NCBI RefSeq assembly: GCF_036971445.1
Contig: NC_091470.1
Span: forward strand, 65,348,001 to 65,412,000
Source of the DNA: Narcine bancroftii
Lineage: Eukaryota
Reading direction: 5' to 3'
DNA length: 64,000 nucleotides
Shown here piece after piece: positions 38,043 through 51,827 of the stretch. The translations under genes were made by a program, and so were the position numbers. Position 1 is the first letter of the stretch. Each line of letters opens with the position of its first letter. The notes below the pieces were generated by a model that saw only the letters and a program-made list of their open reading frames with translations, had not been told where the DNA came from and did not search any database.

Positions 38043-38840
38043 GTCAAGTCAAGTCACCTTTATTTATTGTTCATACTATGTTCACATGGTAAAGATGAGG
38101 TAGCATTTTTCCAGGAACACGGAGCATAATTACATAAATATAAGTTAGAATAAAAGTTAAACACATTGAAATATTAAGACATACTGTAACAGTCCACAGT
38201 ACACTATCTCCAAATGTTCTGGGAGTTTAGGAGTCTGATGGCTTGGGGGGGAAAGTTATTTCCTAATCTGGACATAAGGGCCCAAGTGCTACAGTACCTC
38301 CTACCAGATGGCAGAAAGAAGAACAGTTTACTTGAGGGATCTGTGGAGTCCTTCACAATGTTTATTGCCTTTTGCCTGCTTCGAGTGTTATAAATGTTCT
38401 TCATGGTAGGAAGAGAGACCCCCAATGATCTTTTCCACTGACTTCACTATCCTCTGCAGAGTCTTGCAGTCCGAGGTGGTACAGCTTCCAAACCAGGCGG
38501 TGATGAAGTTGCACATGAAGCTCTCAATATGTTTTCTGAAGAATGTAGTGAGGGTGAAGGGTTTGGGATGAACTTTCCTAGACCTTCGCAGGAAGTAGAG
38601 GCGCTGCTGGACTTTCTTGGCTATCGAGCTGGTGTTAAGGGACCAGGTGAGATTCTCTACCAAGTGCACTCCAAGGAACTTGATGCTCTTGACGACTTCA
38701 ATGGTTGAGCTGTTAATAGTCAGCAGAGCGTGGTCCCCCACCCCCCCCCCCCCACCCCCACCACCCCCGGGCCCTCCTGAAGTCGACATCCATCTCTTTT
38801 GTTTTATTAACATTCAGATGCAGGTTGCTGGCTCTGTATC
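38043..38840 (-). mobile_element. Rex1/Babar LINE, 5'-truncated
   Basis: KFLGVHLVENLTWSLNTSSIAKKVQQRLYFLRR...ITAWFGSCT, with a (ttgac)n tail. Confidence 0.82.
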
Positions 38841-39329
38841 AGTCCACATCTCATATAATGCGCCAATGTATTTCATATAATTGTTCATTGTGAATCAATG
38901 AATGCACTGTTTCAAAATGCATGCCAATCTATTAGACAAAACTGGTTAAAACAATCTTATTCTGCAATTGAGATTTCTTCATCAATGACAGCCATAAAGC
39001 TAAATGATCAGTAATTCAGGTGCATCATGAATTCATTTGATTACATTAACAAAAATGATTAGTGCAACACTGTTCAAAATTCAGTCTTCTCACTGTTTCC
39101 TGAACAACATTAATTTATCTCAATTGCTATTTAATCGAATGTTGCTGTGGTGATTTGCCTGTCATGATCTCTTTCAGTACAAAACTCCCACTGTCAGTTT
39201 TAACCAAAACATTTTTAACCAAAGCAACAACTTCAGTGGGCCTGAACAAGATATAGCATTTAATGGTGGGGCTGTCAGCAGATTCCTGGAATTAAGTGCC
39301 TCAGTGGGCAGCATGACAGAGAATGTAGA

Positions 39330-39900
39330 GTTGCAGAAACACAAAAGCTGCAGGTGTTGAATCAAACAAAGAATTGTTGAAGGAATTCAGCTGGGCAGAC
39401 TGTCTGCATGAGTAGAAATGTCAGTCTACGTTTCAAGTTCAAACTCTATCAAGACTAATATTTTTAAAAAGTGTAATTACTGACAAAAAGGGGGGGGGAT
39501 GCTGGGGAAGGACCCAGGGGAGATGGGGTAAAGGACAAAAGGTGTGGCAGGTGAAGAGATAGGTAGTGAGAGAGAAAACACTTGGAAGTGGGGTGGGGGG
39601 GGGGGTGGGGAAAAGAAAAGTGAGAGAGGAGCGGAAAAAAATAGTAAATACACGAGCCAGTAGAGGAGATGGAAACCAGATGGGTGTGGGAGTTAAGGAA
39701 AATTGGAAAAATCTATGTTTATGCTATCAGGTTTAAGATGGTCCAGGAGTAATAAGATGTGCTGTTCCACAAGTTAATGTTTGGCCTCACCCTGACAATG
39801 AATGAGGCTGAGGACAGATACATCTATATAGAAATGGTTGGGAGAAGTTAAACTGGTTGGCTATAGGAAGCTCAAGTTTAATCACAAACAGTCAGATGTT
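39330..39900 (-). mobile_element. Degenerate Penelope-like fragment
   Basis: pLTR head gaaacacaaaagctgcagg..., purine-rich middle, GIY-YIG end aagatgtgctgttccacaag. Confidence 0.55.
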
Positions 39901-40394
39901 CAAGAATATGGAGCCGTCTGACAAAGATGAATGGGAAGATGGAAAAAGGCAAAAATTGGGCTGTAGGAGAAGAAGCATTCTGGATTCAAATCGTGATGAA
40001 GTGGGATTGTCCTTATATTATCTTATGGGTTCGGAAGATATAGTATTGTCAAAAGTTCGAGAGTTGGAATGAACCAGCCAGAATGGTGCTGAGTGCCTTT
40101 GGCAAGTAAAATACTCAGAAAGATTGCATATGGGATGGTAATTATTCTGAATTAATTATAGTTTAAATAGGCTGCTACAAATTTAAATGTCATTTTCTAT
40201 TCCCTACCTTTAAACATTTTTCACATGCCAAGTACAAACATGCATAACATCAACCAGAATGGACCATTTGATGCAAATTCTCAACACGTTGAAGAGCAGC
40301 ATGCACTGAGACCCTGTGGAACAGAGTTATAATTTTATGCTTTCAGCTGTTGGATTTGGTTCTTCATGATTTTTTTTTCAGCTGGGAAGTTACA

Positions 40395-40940
40395 TAGAGA
40401 AACACAAAAATGGCAGATGCTGGAATCCTGAACAAAAAATGAGTTACTGGAGGAACTCAATTTGTCTGGCAGCTTTCATGGCTGAAATGGTCAGTCAATG
40501 TTTTGGAATGGAAGCTTTATCAAGATTAAAGAGGGAAGGAGAATTATCAACTACATCAAGGGGTAGAAAAAGCTTGGAAGAGGCTAAGAAGTGAGAGAGC
40601 TGGAGAGCATTAGGAGGGATTAAGGTTAGAGAAATAGAATCGGAGTAGTTAAAGAGAAAGAAACAGTGGCACCAGATTGAGATGGGGGGGCTGCGTTTAT
40701 CAAAAATTAGAAAAATCAATGTTCATGTCATTGCGTCTAAGACTGTTGAGGAGGAATATGATCTGTTGCTCCTCAATGAATGAGGCCTAGGATAAACATA
40801 ACAGTATGGAAATGGTGAAGCGAATGTAATGGGAGTTCAGGGTTAGACCTATAGACAGAGCACAGGTGTTTGGCAAAGTGGTTACTGATGTGGAGGAGGC
40901 TGCACAGAGTTTACCAAATGCTGTAGATTAGGATGGATGA
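40395..40940 (-). mobile_element. Degenerate Penelope-like fragment
   Basis: gcagatgctggaatc...tactggaggaactca, plus aaaaatcaatgttcatg and tgttgctcctc (minus strand, EEQ-like). Confidence 0.55.
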
Positions 40941-41389
40941 TGTCTATTTCATTTTGCTTTTGATTTGATGGTTTGAAACATTCACTTAATATGGGCTTGT
41001 ATCATTCAGCCCAAAAGGATGCTGAACTGATAACCAAAAGAGGGAAGATAAAGTAGGAATATGGTACAATGGTGGTTTTATTTCCTCTAATTTTATCCAC
41101 TCATAAAATGTGTGATACCTTTATGTCAGTGTTCGAAAAACTTTCTAATTGCCTTTCAGAAGATAAAGAAATCGCTATCCTTGTCTTCAGTACTTGTGGT
41201 GAAGGCACTCTCACTACACTGTTTGGTAGTGACTTCTAAAACTTCAACCCAGCCTAAAATGAGGCATGGACATACATTTCAAATTTAGAAATGTGTAAAA
41301 TTTGGAGGTGACCAAACAATTGCAGTTCTTGTCTTAATTGGGGATAGATGTGCTGAGTTTGCTGGATATTGTCAAAGAAGTCTTTCCAA

Positions 41390-42757
41390 GTTTGACGTCT
41401 GTGGTAGGTAAATTAATGGAGATAGTACTTATAAACATCTGGATAGACAGGGTCTGATCAGGAGCACTCAACATGGATTTGTGGGAGGAAGGTCATGTTT
41501 GACCAATCTGATTGAATTTTTTGAAGAGGTGACTAAGAATGTGGATGAGGGTAGCGCAATGGATGTTGTCTATATGGACTTCAGTAAGGCCTTCGATAAG
41601 GTACCGCATGGAAGGTTAGTTAGGAAGGTGCAGTCTTTAGGTATAAATTTTGAGATAGTCAAATGGATTGAACATTGGCTGAAAGGGAGAGGCCAGAGAG
41701 TGGTAGTGGATAATTGTCTGTCAGGTTGGAGGCCAGTGACCAGTGGTGTGCCTCAAGGATCTGTATTGGGCCAATTGTTGTTCGTTATATACATTAATGA
41801 TCTAGATGATGGGGTGGTGAATTGGATTAGTAAATATGCAGACGATACTAAGATAGGTGGAATAGTGGATAATGAAGAAGATTTTCAAGGATTGCAGAGG
41901 GATTTGGGCTGCTTAGAAAAGTGGGCTGAAAAATGGCAGATGGAATTTAATGCTGATAAGTGTGAGGTGCTTCATTTTGGTAAGAAGAATCAGAACAGGA
42001 CATACGTGGTAAATGGGAGAGCATTGATGAATACAGAAGAGCAGAAAGATTTAGGAGTAACGGTACATCGTTCCCTGAAGGTAGAAACTCACGTGAATAG
42101 GGTGGTGAAGAAGGCTTTTAGTATGCTGGCCTTTATCAATCATTGCATGGAATATAGGAGTTGGGAAGTGATGTTGAGATTGTATAAGACGTTGGTGCGG
42201 CCTAATTTGGAGTTCTGTGTGCAGTTCTGGTCGCCTAATTATAGGAAGGATATAAACAGAGTGGAGAGAGTGCAGAGAAGGTTTACCAGAATGTTACCTG
42301 GGTTTAAGCATCTAGAGTATAGGGAGAGATTGGACAGATTAGGTCTTTATTCTTTGGAGCGTAGAAGGTTGAGAGGGGATTTGATAGAAGTATTTAAGAT
42401 TATGAAAGGGATAGACAGAGTGGATGTGGATAGACTATTTCCGTTAAGAGGAGGAAAGATTAAAACAAGAGGACATGAGTTAAGAATTAAGGGGCAGAGG
42501 TTTAGAGGTAACATGAGGGGGAACTTCTTTACTCAGAGAGTGGTAGTCGTGTGGAATGAGCTTCCGGGAGAAATAGTGGCGGCGGAGTCAATTGTATTAT
42601 TTAAGAAAAGGTCGGACAGGTATATGGATGAGAAGAAGATGGAGGGTTATGGGCATTGTGCAGGGAGGTGGGACTAGAGAGGGGTGTTTGGTTCGGTGCG
42701 GACTAGAAGGACCTAATGGCCTGTTTCCGTGCTGTAATTGTTATGTTATGTTATGTT
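41390..42757 (+). mobile_element. Young CR1 LINE, 5'-truncated, uninterrupted RT ORF (41481-42677)
   Basis: DFSKAFDKVPH, GVPQGSVLG, YADDTK, CVQFWSP motifs and a (tgtta)n tail. No endonuclease domain is present. Confidence 0.95.
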
Positions 42758-43399
42758 AAGTTGCTCCTAATCATTAAAGACACAGAGAATTGCTTCAAAA
42801 TTAAACAGCTGAAAATGTTTTCGTATGTTTTCAATCATGTGTACTGTTCTATCATGGATGAAGCCAAGTTTCTTTGGTGCTTTTGGACTTGAAGTCAACC
42901 AGGGAAGTGGAGTACAGGTGATTAGAGCTGTAATTATCAGGCAAATGATGAACATTGCTTTTGCAGTGTTGACTTCTACATTGGAAACAGGGAAAAAGCT
43001 CTGCCAAATCAGCAGCAGAATCTCTCATAAAAAGAGCAATAGAAGGAGTACTCCTGCAACCATAGTAAATTAGTCTTAAGGTCATCGTCTGGTCAAATCT
43101 AACATACAGAATTGTTATGGTTGAGGATAATGTAACTTGCCAGCAACGATCTAAGTCTCATAGCATTCTCAGAGCTGTGAAAGTGTTGAAATGGATCCTC
43201 TACTAAAGAGCAATTAACTGCACCTTACAACATAATTAGAGAAAATAATATTCCATCTACTCCTCCTCCTGTCATGATGCTATAGGGTTTGTCAGTCTCC
43301 AGGATGAGGAAAGGCATAATCTCTCGGATGATGTGGATGATGATTCAAAGACGGTCCATTCAGATTATCTCAGGATGGAGCATTGTCTAACAAGGAAAG

Positions 43400-43890
43400 G
43401 TTCAAAGATAAGAATGAGAGGCAATCTTATTCAAACATTTTATATACTTCAGGGGTTGAGGAAGGTAAATGCGGGGGGATGTTTCTTCCCTCCTGCGGAG
43501 AATCCAGAATAAAGGGGCCTGGAATCAGAATAAGAGGATAGTCATTTAAGACTAGATGGATGCATTTCTCCTTTCATTCAGGGCTCCAAGTGTTTGGAAC
43601 TCCTTGACATTGCATGCATCCAATTGCATGGATCCAATTGTGGCACATTTCTAACATTCCCAGCATTTTCCAGGCTTCTTGGCAATGTTTAGAACCTCAG
43701 CCTATCCCCACAAGATAAATATTTAAGGGTGAGAAAGATAGATTTCTAACCAGAAAAGATCTCAAAGATTAAAAGGAAAAGGCAAGGAAGTGTACAAGTT
43801 GAATATTAGATCAGTCATGATCCTACTGTATGGCAGAGCAGACTTGAGGGGCTGAATGGACTATTCCTATTCCAACATGTTTTGGTTGTA
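43400..43890 (+). mobile_element. CR1 3' fragment interrupted by a templated insertion
   Basis: aagaatgagaggcaatcttattcaaac at the start and 3' UTR gatcagtcatgatc...gggctgaatgg. Confidence 0.65.
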
Positions 43891-44689
43891 TAGTCTTATA
43901 ATAGCCTGATTACTTAGAATTCAGCAGGGGAAAATTAGGTGAACAGCACTTTCCAGAGTGTACTACCATGCATTCCATTGTATTCTACACAATTTAACTT
44001 TTATTTAATAGCATCAGTTGTTTTTACGGTGATGTTCCATGGCTATCATACAGTAGAGTTCTGGCTGATATTACATCAATGGCTTCAGTGATCATCTGCC
44101 AAAATCTACTCATTCATATTTCACCTTCCAATCATACTGAGTCCACCAGAACATAACAATAGCTTGCATTTAAGAGACCGAAAAGGCACTGTTCACTTTG
44201 CTTTCAGAAGTTTTCAATAAATTATAAAGCCCTGTTCCCATAAATGAGGTAATCTCCAACTCAATTCCCAACAAATGTACGAGCAGCTTGTGATCACTTT
44301 AAACAAAGTCGTCGGGAGTTCTTCCTACTATTAAATCAGATTTTCCTTGCTTGGTTCACATTGAGCATTTACCAGACAGTCACAGACCAATTTATCATGG
44401 CAAGCGTTAAATCGCTAATACATGGAGTTTGACCACAATCTGTCTACTTTGCATATTTGCAGTATGAATGGTCCTCCACAATTCATTTTGACAAGTTAGG
44501 TGTAACATGCTACAATTGCACAATTGTGAATTAAACTCAAAACACCATTTCTTGTTTATATGATGCAGAAACTAGGCTAATATTTTCCGTTCTCAAGATA
44601 CCATAAGTAGAATATGGAAACACAAAGTCTACCCTGCTGGAACTACAAAATAATTGCTGTTTGTTAATGTTGTCTACAATACTTAAACA

Positions 44690-44895
44690 ACACAGTAGAT
44701 GCCTATTCTGGCCATTACACCCAAATTAAGCTACAACCCCATGCATTTTGGAAGGTGGGAGGAAACCTGACCATCTAGGGAAAAACCCACACAGATACAG
44801 GGAGAACCTAAAAACTCCTTACCGAGAGGGCTGGATTTGAACCAGGGTCGGTGGAGCTATAACAGAGTTGCGTTAACCTACGCTAACCGTGCTGG
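44690..44895 (-). mobile_element. V-SINE (HE1-like)
   Basis: Minus-strand A box tagcgtaggt, B box ggttcaaatcc and V core. Confidence 0.72.
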
Positions 44896-45235
44896 CGGTA
44901 TCTTTTCTTGGCCAGTCCTTGGGATTGAGGAAACCTAGCTTCCACTCCAGTTTTGAGGGTTCTGATTGAGGTCAGTAAGGAATTCACAGATTCTGCCAGA
45001 GATGGGGCAGGAACAGCTTGGTGGAGTATATTATTTGAGAAATTCTGCTTTGAGAATCTTGTGCAATAGGTCCATGTCTTCAAAGCACAAGGAGGGCAGA
45101 CTTAAAAATGTTAATTTTTCTACCCATGGATGCTGTCTGTCCTGCTGTGTACTTCCAACAATTCTTTGTTTGCTTAAGCATTCCAGCATTTGCAGCTTTT
45201 GTGTTTCTCTGTTTATTGCCAGGTATATTGTGGAG

Positions 45236-45982
45236 TGTCGTGGCTGTCATATGACAGCACTGCCCACTACCTGGTTGGAAGAGACATCACCTGCCAATCA
45301 AGGTTTTGCCCCTCCCACCCATCAGAGCACACCTGACCACTGGTCTCTTTAAGTACTTGGCCTTGGGCCATTGGCCTTTGTAATTGACTAGACCGTGCTG
45401 GCACTGAGCCATTGGCTTCATGTAAATTACCTGGGCTGCACCCTCCTGCCCTTCTGTACTTGGCCTTGGGCTAATGTAATTGATTAGACCTTGCTGGCAC
45501 CGAGCCATTAGGACCCTGTAAATGACCTGGGCTGGACTCCCCAGCCCTTCAGTATGTACCATAAAGGGAGCCACATGTGTTCAGATCTTTCTTTTTGCCA
45601 TCTTCAAGAGACCACCCTGCTTCATTCCTGGCTGAGTACCATAGAATGGTGCTATAGGAATCATTTGGTGAGGTGTGCACTGTTAAAGGGTTGGGACCAT
45701 TTTAGTTATTGTCCTTTGTAGCATAGGGCCATACCTGCACTGAGTCAAGGGGTAGCGGGCATTGTATTATTTTTTGTTGATTGTTTGTACCTAGTTCGTT
45801 GTGTGTGTGTGATTTCCGTTACGATTTTCCATACTCATTTTCTATAAATTGTGCGCGAGTGTGTTTTATCCCCGTTGTGATCATCCCATGTGTGTCTTCT
45901 GTAAATAAAATCATTTAATACCTGACTGTGTTCAGAGTCCTTGCTTTTGAGACTCATCGAATCTGTTTTCTCATTCACAACA
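45236..45982 (+). mobile_element. Probable solo LTR (~750 bp) with internal tandem repeats
   Basis: TGTCGTG...CACAACA inverted termini, CCAAT/GC motifs, repeated ~40-bp units at 45340-45550, TATA-like cataaag and AATAAA at ~45904. The TSD is not clean. Confidence 0.55.
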
Positions 45983-46950
45983 CAAGGGCAATTTATGCTG
46001 TGGGACATTGTCAGAGATCCATTGCCTCTGAATACTACAACTCTGTGACCCTCCCTATTTTGGCATGGAGGCAGCAAATGTTGGGCTCTTTTTGTCACTA
46101 AACTTGTTGGATGCAACATTACAGCAATTATGATTGAGAAGAGGGTTGGAGTAATGGTGCAGATGTTTGACCCCAGTCTGCACTGGGATTGGTAATGTTG
46201 GTTGGAATCATAATCATCTGTTATCATGTACAAGATGTGAGATGGAGACAGAATTTCTGAGGGCAGATAAATTTCATGAATTCTCCATTATCCCTCAAGT
46301 TGGTGAAGTCAAATGATTTTTTTAAAAGCTTTCTTTAAAAACACTAATACAATTACTGCTATCTTATCATTTCACATGAACCCCACCTCACATTTCTCAA
46401 AACCAAAATCAAGGAATATTTTCTTGTAAACTCCCATTGCCCTCAAATTCCTTGAGGTTTTTCTGAACTCCTATCATTGATGAAAAATTGCATGGATCCA
46501 ATTGTGGCAGGTTTCTAACATTCCCAGCATTTTCCAGACTGCTTGGCAATGTTTAGAACCTCAGCCTGTCCTCACAAGATAAATATTGTTAGAACTGCAA
46601 CTTCTTGGACAGATATCCCATTCTTTGACAGGGCCTGGCACACTATTGAAGATGGCACAGTAAAGGACAAGAGATGCAAAACGCAAAGATGGCAATAAGT
46701 GAACAGCATCAGGGATGCCAGGCCGGCAGGTCAGCAAAATGGACTGTAGTTGGGTTTGAGGACCTGGCCACCTTCCCACTAATGGCTTTATGCTCAACTT
46801 TCAGCTGTAATGGATTGTTTGGTAAGAAATAGATCACCAACAGCACTCACCTACTCCATTCCTACAATCTGAAAACTGGCTGAATCAATATCTAAATCCA
46901 TTGTGAATGTAACTGTTATGTTCAGAACTGGTGGATTTTCAGGCCAATTA

Positions 46951-47207
46951 CATTTAAACTTTAGACATACGGAACAGTAACAGGGCATTTTGGCCCAAGA
47001 GTCCATGCCGCCAAATTTACACCCAATTAACCTCCAACCCCCAATACGTTTTGAGGGTAGGAAGAAACTGGAGCCCCTGGGGAAAACCCATGCAGACATG
47101 GGGAGAATGTACAAAATCCTTACAGACAGCATGGGATTCAAACCCAGGTCCCAATCGCTGGTGCTATAAAGGCATTGCACTAACCACTAATGCCAATTGT
47201 GTCGCCC
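46951..47207 (-). mobile_element. V-SINE (HE1-like)
   Basis: Full-length copy with B box gggtttgaatcc and a tttaaa tail. Confidence 0.78.
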
Positions 47208-49960
47208 TCATTCAATTCAATTATGAAATAAGATGGGCTTTCTATTTTCTTTATCTGGCAGAAGATAAATAGTCCAATTGGACCTTTCTTTTGAATAAGA
47301 ATAATTTTCTTGAAAGATGTTATCATGCAGAATCTATTGTTGTTAAATCTGGTGATTCAGGACAATTTCTATAACTAAATAGCCCATTAGATCTCTTACT
47401 ATGCAAAGAGACAAGCTCTTTTTCTTTAAGGATTTTAACCATTTTCATCCAATGCTGCTGAGATGGATGATAATATCCAGATACACTTCCATGGTCTCCA
47501 TGCCCAATGGCCACAATTCAAAATCAAGCCTTAATAGAGAGTGCTGGTGAGCTAATCTACTGTGGGAATATCACAGTTAATGCTCCCACTGTATAGTATC
47601 TTGTCCTCATGAGCATTTATTGCAAAGTGGGTAGTCATCTAGAATAGGAATGGTCACCAATTTGGAAAAATTGTCCTACCTTTTGAGATCAGCAAACACA
47701 TCAGATCCTTTCTGATTTTTCAGTCTCACATTATTTGAACAAACTCTCTCTCTCCCTCTCTCTCTCTCTACAAACATCAGTACAACAACAACTTAATCCT
47801 CAACCTCCAAGTTATTTAAAAATTGTTGCAGTTCCTAAATGGTTAATTTGATTTTTTTTTTCAATTTTCCTCATTTACAAAGTTTTACCCACATTTAAAA
47901 CAAGTTTTGCAATTAATTTATAGTATTGAAAATAAATTTCATATGAAATGTGAAATAAATAAAGCAAACACAAAATCATATTAAAATTATAAAGTGCTAG
48001 AAAATGGAATGTAAAAATAAGTTCCTTTCCACAGTGGCCGACTTGCAGATGTAAGTAGGATGTGAGCTCATACAGTTTGGCATTACTCCAGATTTAAGTA
48101 AAAAGGAAATGGAAATGGAAATGATCTCCAATTGTTGAAAAGGGCTGGACTTCAGCTAATTCACTTCAAATTCTATGAAATACAATTAAATGCAGTATGA
48201 CTGGCTGTAAAATATACCTGCTAGTGTGATAAATTAGACATTTTCCACAGGAAGGCAGAAAAATACAGGGGATAAAAAAGGGGAGTTAGAGAGGAGGAGG
48301 TTTTACATTTTTTAAAAGAGAAGAAAGGCAAATGTAAAAAAAAATTGTCATCCAAATTCAAATTTAATATATGAAAAGACATCTGTTGCTTTGTTATTCT
48401 TGTTAGAAATGGGTTTCTCCATTTTCCTTTCATTTACATTTGAGATCAAATTTCTTACATTGTTAGTCAAGGTGTTGGGTGCAACAAGGAGGGGTTCTGC
48501 ACACTGCGATGAAGTAATAATTGGGACTACTAATTGAACTCACTATGCACTTAAATCTGGCAGACTTATAATTATCACCATGCAGCTGGCATGGCAGGGC
48601 CTTTCAGAAGCTTTGACAGGCTGTCCTGTTGAAACATATACACCTAATGAGTTAAACCTTTGATAACTATTTTTTTTAAGAAAAGGCATATCATCACAAG
48701 TTGCAAAGAAACTAATGAGTCATCCTACTAATAGCTGTGTGCACTATTTTTTCAATTAACAACACATTTCAAAGCACAATAGCATGAATCCACAATCAGA
48801 GCATGTTCAGACCTAAAAGCAAACCCTCCAGTTGTTAATTACGTCTTTCCAAAATACAGGAAACCAGTCTGGCCAACACCCCATTTTTTTCTATGCAGTG
48901 GTTCTGATTAATGCACTGCAGATGAGAGACCACCCCAAGGGCTAACTGGAACAATGCCAAGAGAAAAGGAAAAATAGATTTCTACTGTATTTAAAGCCAG
49001 CTCATTGGCATTTAGAACGCTATTCCCCTAAAAAAAAGGAAGAACCCCACACTGCAGATCCACAAGTCTATACATATAAATCACTCATTTAAACTGTCAT
49101 AAAAATAATTTCTGAAATATACTTTATGGATGAAAGCTGGAGTAAAATCTATAAAAAATTATCCTTGCCTGAATATGAACAGAAGAATTGTTTCAAGAGA
49201 GCAAATTATAAAGCATACATCAAAACAGTCAGAATAAATGCAGAATAATTATCTTGCTACTTTATAGTGGAATGCTTTCTTTTTAAACCATGAGTGAAAT
49301 GAATCATATTATCAATTGACTATACATTTTCCCTATTAATTAAAGGACATTTTCAACATGCTTTAAGTTCCTTTTGGAGGTGGGATCTATACATTTTTGC
49401 TAACTTCTAATGAACATTTTCCATTGTGTTCCCTTAATTTACACATAAATATTGTTGCTTCTGACAAACTAATCGACTAATAGATGGAAAGCTCGAATGC
49501 AAGGAAGTATTTTCAACAGGCAATAAGAATGACATCACAGGGCAGCTCAATCAGCTTTCAGCTCAGCCACACCCCAAAATAAAACTACTGCATTGGAGTT
49601 GCTCCCAGGCATCCTTAAAAATACTACACATTCAGTTATAGGTTTATTAAGTTCTTGTGTTGATCTACAGTTAACTACAATAAAATACAGTCATAATGAT
49701 AACTGTAATTATTATATCAGATGAAATCAGATCTAATTTTCTGAACCGAGCTCCCGACACTCCTTGATGAGTCTCTGAAACGAGCTCAAGTCTATTTAGA
49801 GACGCAAGAGACTGCAGTGTTGGCATCTGGAGCAAAAAAAAAACAAACTGCTGAAGGAATTCAGTGGGTCAGGCAGTTTCTATGAAGGAAAAGGAGTTGT
49901 CACTGTTTCAAGTCAAGACCCTAAGTCAGGACTGAGAACAAAGTGGAAGGATAACTCTTA

Positions 49961-50164
49961 CAGTAAAGTCTCTGGTATTAGGCACCTATGGGGATTGGTA
50001 GATGCTGGATAAGTGAATTTGCCAGTTACTTGGGATTGCACGTTGTGTGGATTGTCAAACTGACCACTTGGGGTTACCAATTTTAAACTTTTGTATTTTT
50101 TTACCAATATTTTCTGCAATATTTTTCCCAATTGTTTGAATTCTGGTAAATGGGGGATTTACTG
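49961..50164. mobile_element. Tigger/pogo-type MITE inserted in a Penelope-like fragment; second copy at 52109-52320
   Basis: TA|cagtaaa...tttactg|TA. The internal acctatggggattggtagatg is shared with 52109-52320. Confidence 0.75.
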
Positions 50165-51001
50165 TATAAAGGCGAAAGGGCAGTATAAACCACAGGAGAA
50201 GCAAAGTTTGTTCAAACAACTTCTTCCTCAACACCATTCAGGGAGCTAAAGAGACCTTCAGGTGAGGCAAAGATTCACACGCACCTCCTCCAACCTTATC
50301 GACTGCATTGATTGATGCCAATTTGCCTCTTTCTTGATCAGTAGGACAAAGCAAAGATGAAATAGCCATTTCATACACCACCAGTACTATCTGCAATGGC
50401 CATTCTAAGCTTCTGGCTGCATGCCATTGCAGCTCCTTTTCCCCATACGGACCTGTCCATCTGTTTCCTTCTCCGCTGCCTAGGAAGTCCACTTCCTTCT
50501 GCCTAGGAAGTCCACAACCCAATGATAAGAACATTAAATTTCACAACTTAAAGTAACCCTCACCCATAATAACCTCATCCTTCCATTCAACAGGACCTGC
50601 CACCTTTCTCACCACCTCCTTCAACCAGCTTTGTCCCCTTCCCATGACTGGTTACTTCGACCCATAACACTTTTCCCACGGGGCTCCTAATGCCTCTCCA
50701 TCTGGTTTCAGCAGTCCATTGGTCTCCTCATCTTTTCCACTCATCAAGAAACTGGCATTTGCATCTCTTGTGCCTCCACATCCCCTACAAGCTTCACCCA
50801 TCCCTTCCCTCTTCTACCTGGTTCCCTCTGCCCTCTATTTTGTTCTTTGTTTCCATGGATCAACTCCAATCCTTTTCTCTGAATCCCAACCCCTCTCCCC
50901 CCCCTCCTGCTTCCATCTGTTCATCATCCTCTACTCCACCTGGGTCCACCTTGCATCATCCCTCCCTCCTCCCCTTTATAATGTCTATCCTCTCACTCTT
51001 A

Positions 51002-51827
51002 TCTCTTTGGCTTGGCTTCGCGGACAAAGATTTATGGAGGGGGTAAAAGTCCACGTCAGCTGCAGGCTCGATTGTGGCTGACAAGTCCGATGCGGGACAG
51101 GCAGACACGGTTGCAGCGGTTGCAGGGGAAAATTGGTTGGTTGGGGTTGGGTGTTGGGTTTTTCCTCCTTTGCCTTTTGTCAGTGAGGTGGGCTCTGCGG
51201 TCTTCTTCAAAGGAGGTTGCTGCCCGCCGAACTGTGAGGCGCCAAGATGCACAGTTTGAGGCGATATCAGCCCACTGGCGGTAGTCAATGTGGCAGGCAC
51301 CAAGAGATTTCTTTAGGCAGTCCTTGTACCTCTTCTTTGGTGCACCTCTGTCACGGTGGCCAGTGGAGAGCTCGCCATATAACACAATCTTGGGAAGGCG
51401 ATGGTCCTCCATTCTGGAGACGTGACCCACCCAGCGCAGCTGGATCTTCAGCAATGTGGACTCGATGCTGTCGGCCTCTGCCATCTCGAGTACTTCGATG
51501 TTAGGGATGAAGTCGCTCCAATGAATTTTGAGGATGGAGCGGAGACAACGCTGGTGGAAGCGTTCTAGGAGCCGTAGGTGATGCCGGTAGAGGACCCATG
51601 ATTCAGAGCCGAACAGGAGTGTGGGTATGACAACGGCTCTGTATACGCTAATCTTTGTGAGATTTTTCAGTTGGTTGTTTTTCCAGACTCTTTTGTGTAG
51701 TCTTCCAAAGGCGCTATTTGCCTTGGCGAGTCTGTTGTCTATCTCATTGTCGATCCTTGCATCTGATGAAATGGTGCAGCCGAGATAGGTAAACTGGTTG
51801 ACCGTTTTGAGTTTTGTGTGCCCGATG
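51002..51827 (-). mobile_element. RTE-clade LINE, 5'-truncated
   Basis: LRWVGHVSRMEDHRLPKIVLYGEL..GHRDRGAPKKRYKDCLK...CNRC...SRIGLVSH..AC, 3' end gccaagccaaaga. Confidence 0.92.

Noticed and set aside
41481-42677. 398-aa RT ORF as a domesticated gene or retron-like system
   Set aside because: It is an ordinary 5'-truncated young CR1 with the family 3' UTR and microsatellite tail.
46845-46930. LDIDS peptide plus a perfect GTGAGT donor as the missing upstream TALPID3 exon
   Set aside because: There is an in-frame TAG directly before the donor, and no VLP motif or suitable acceptor.
48035-48050. Plus-strand 16-nt microexon-like pattern (ttcctttccacag...gtaagt)
   Set aside because: It is antisense to the host gene, no partner exons were found, and such a pattern is expected by chance in 64 kb.
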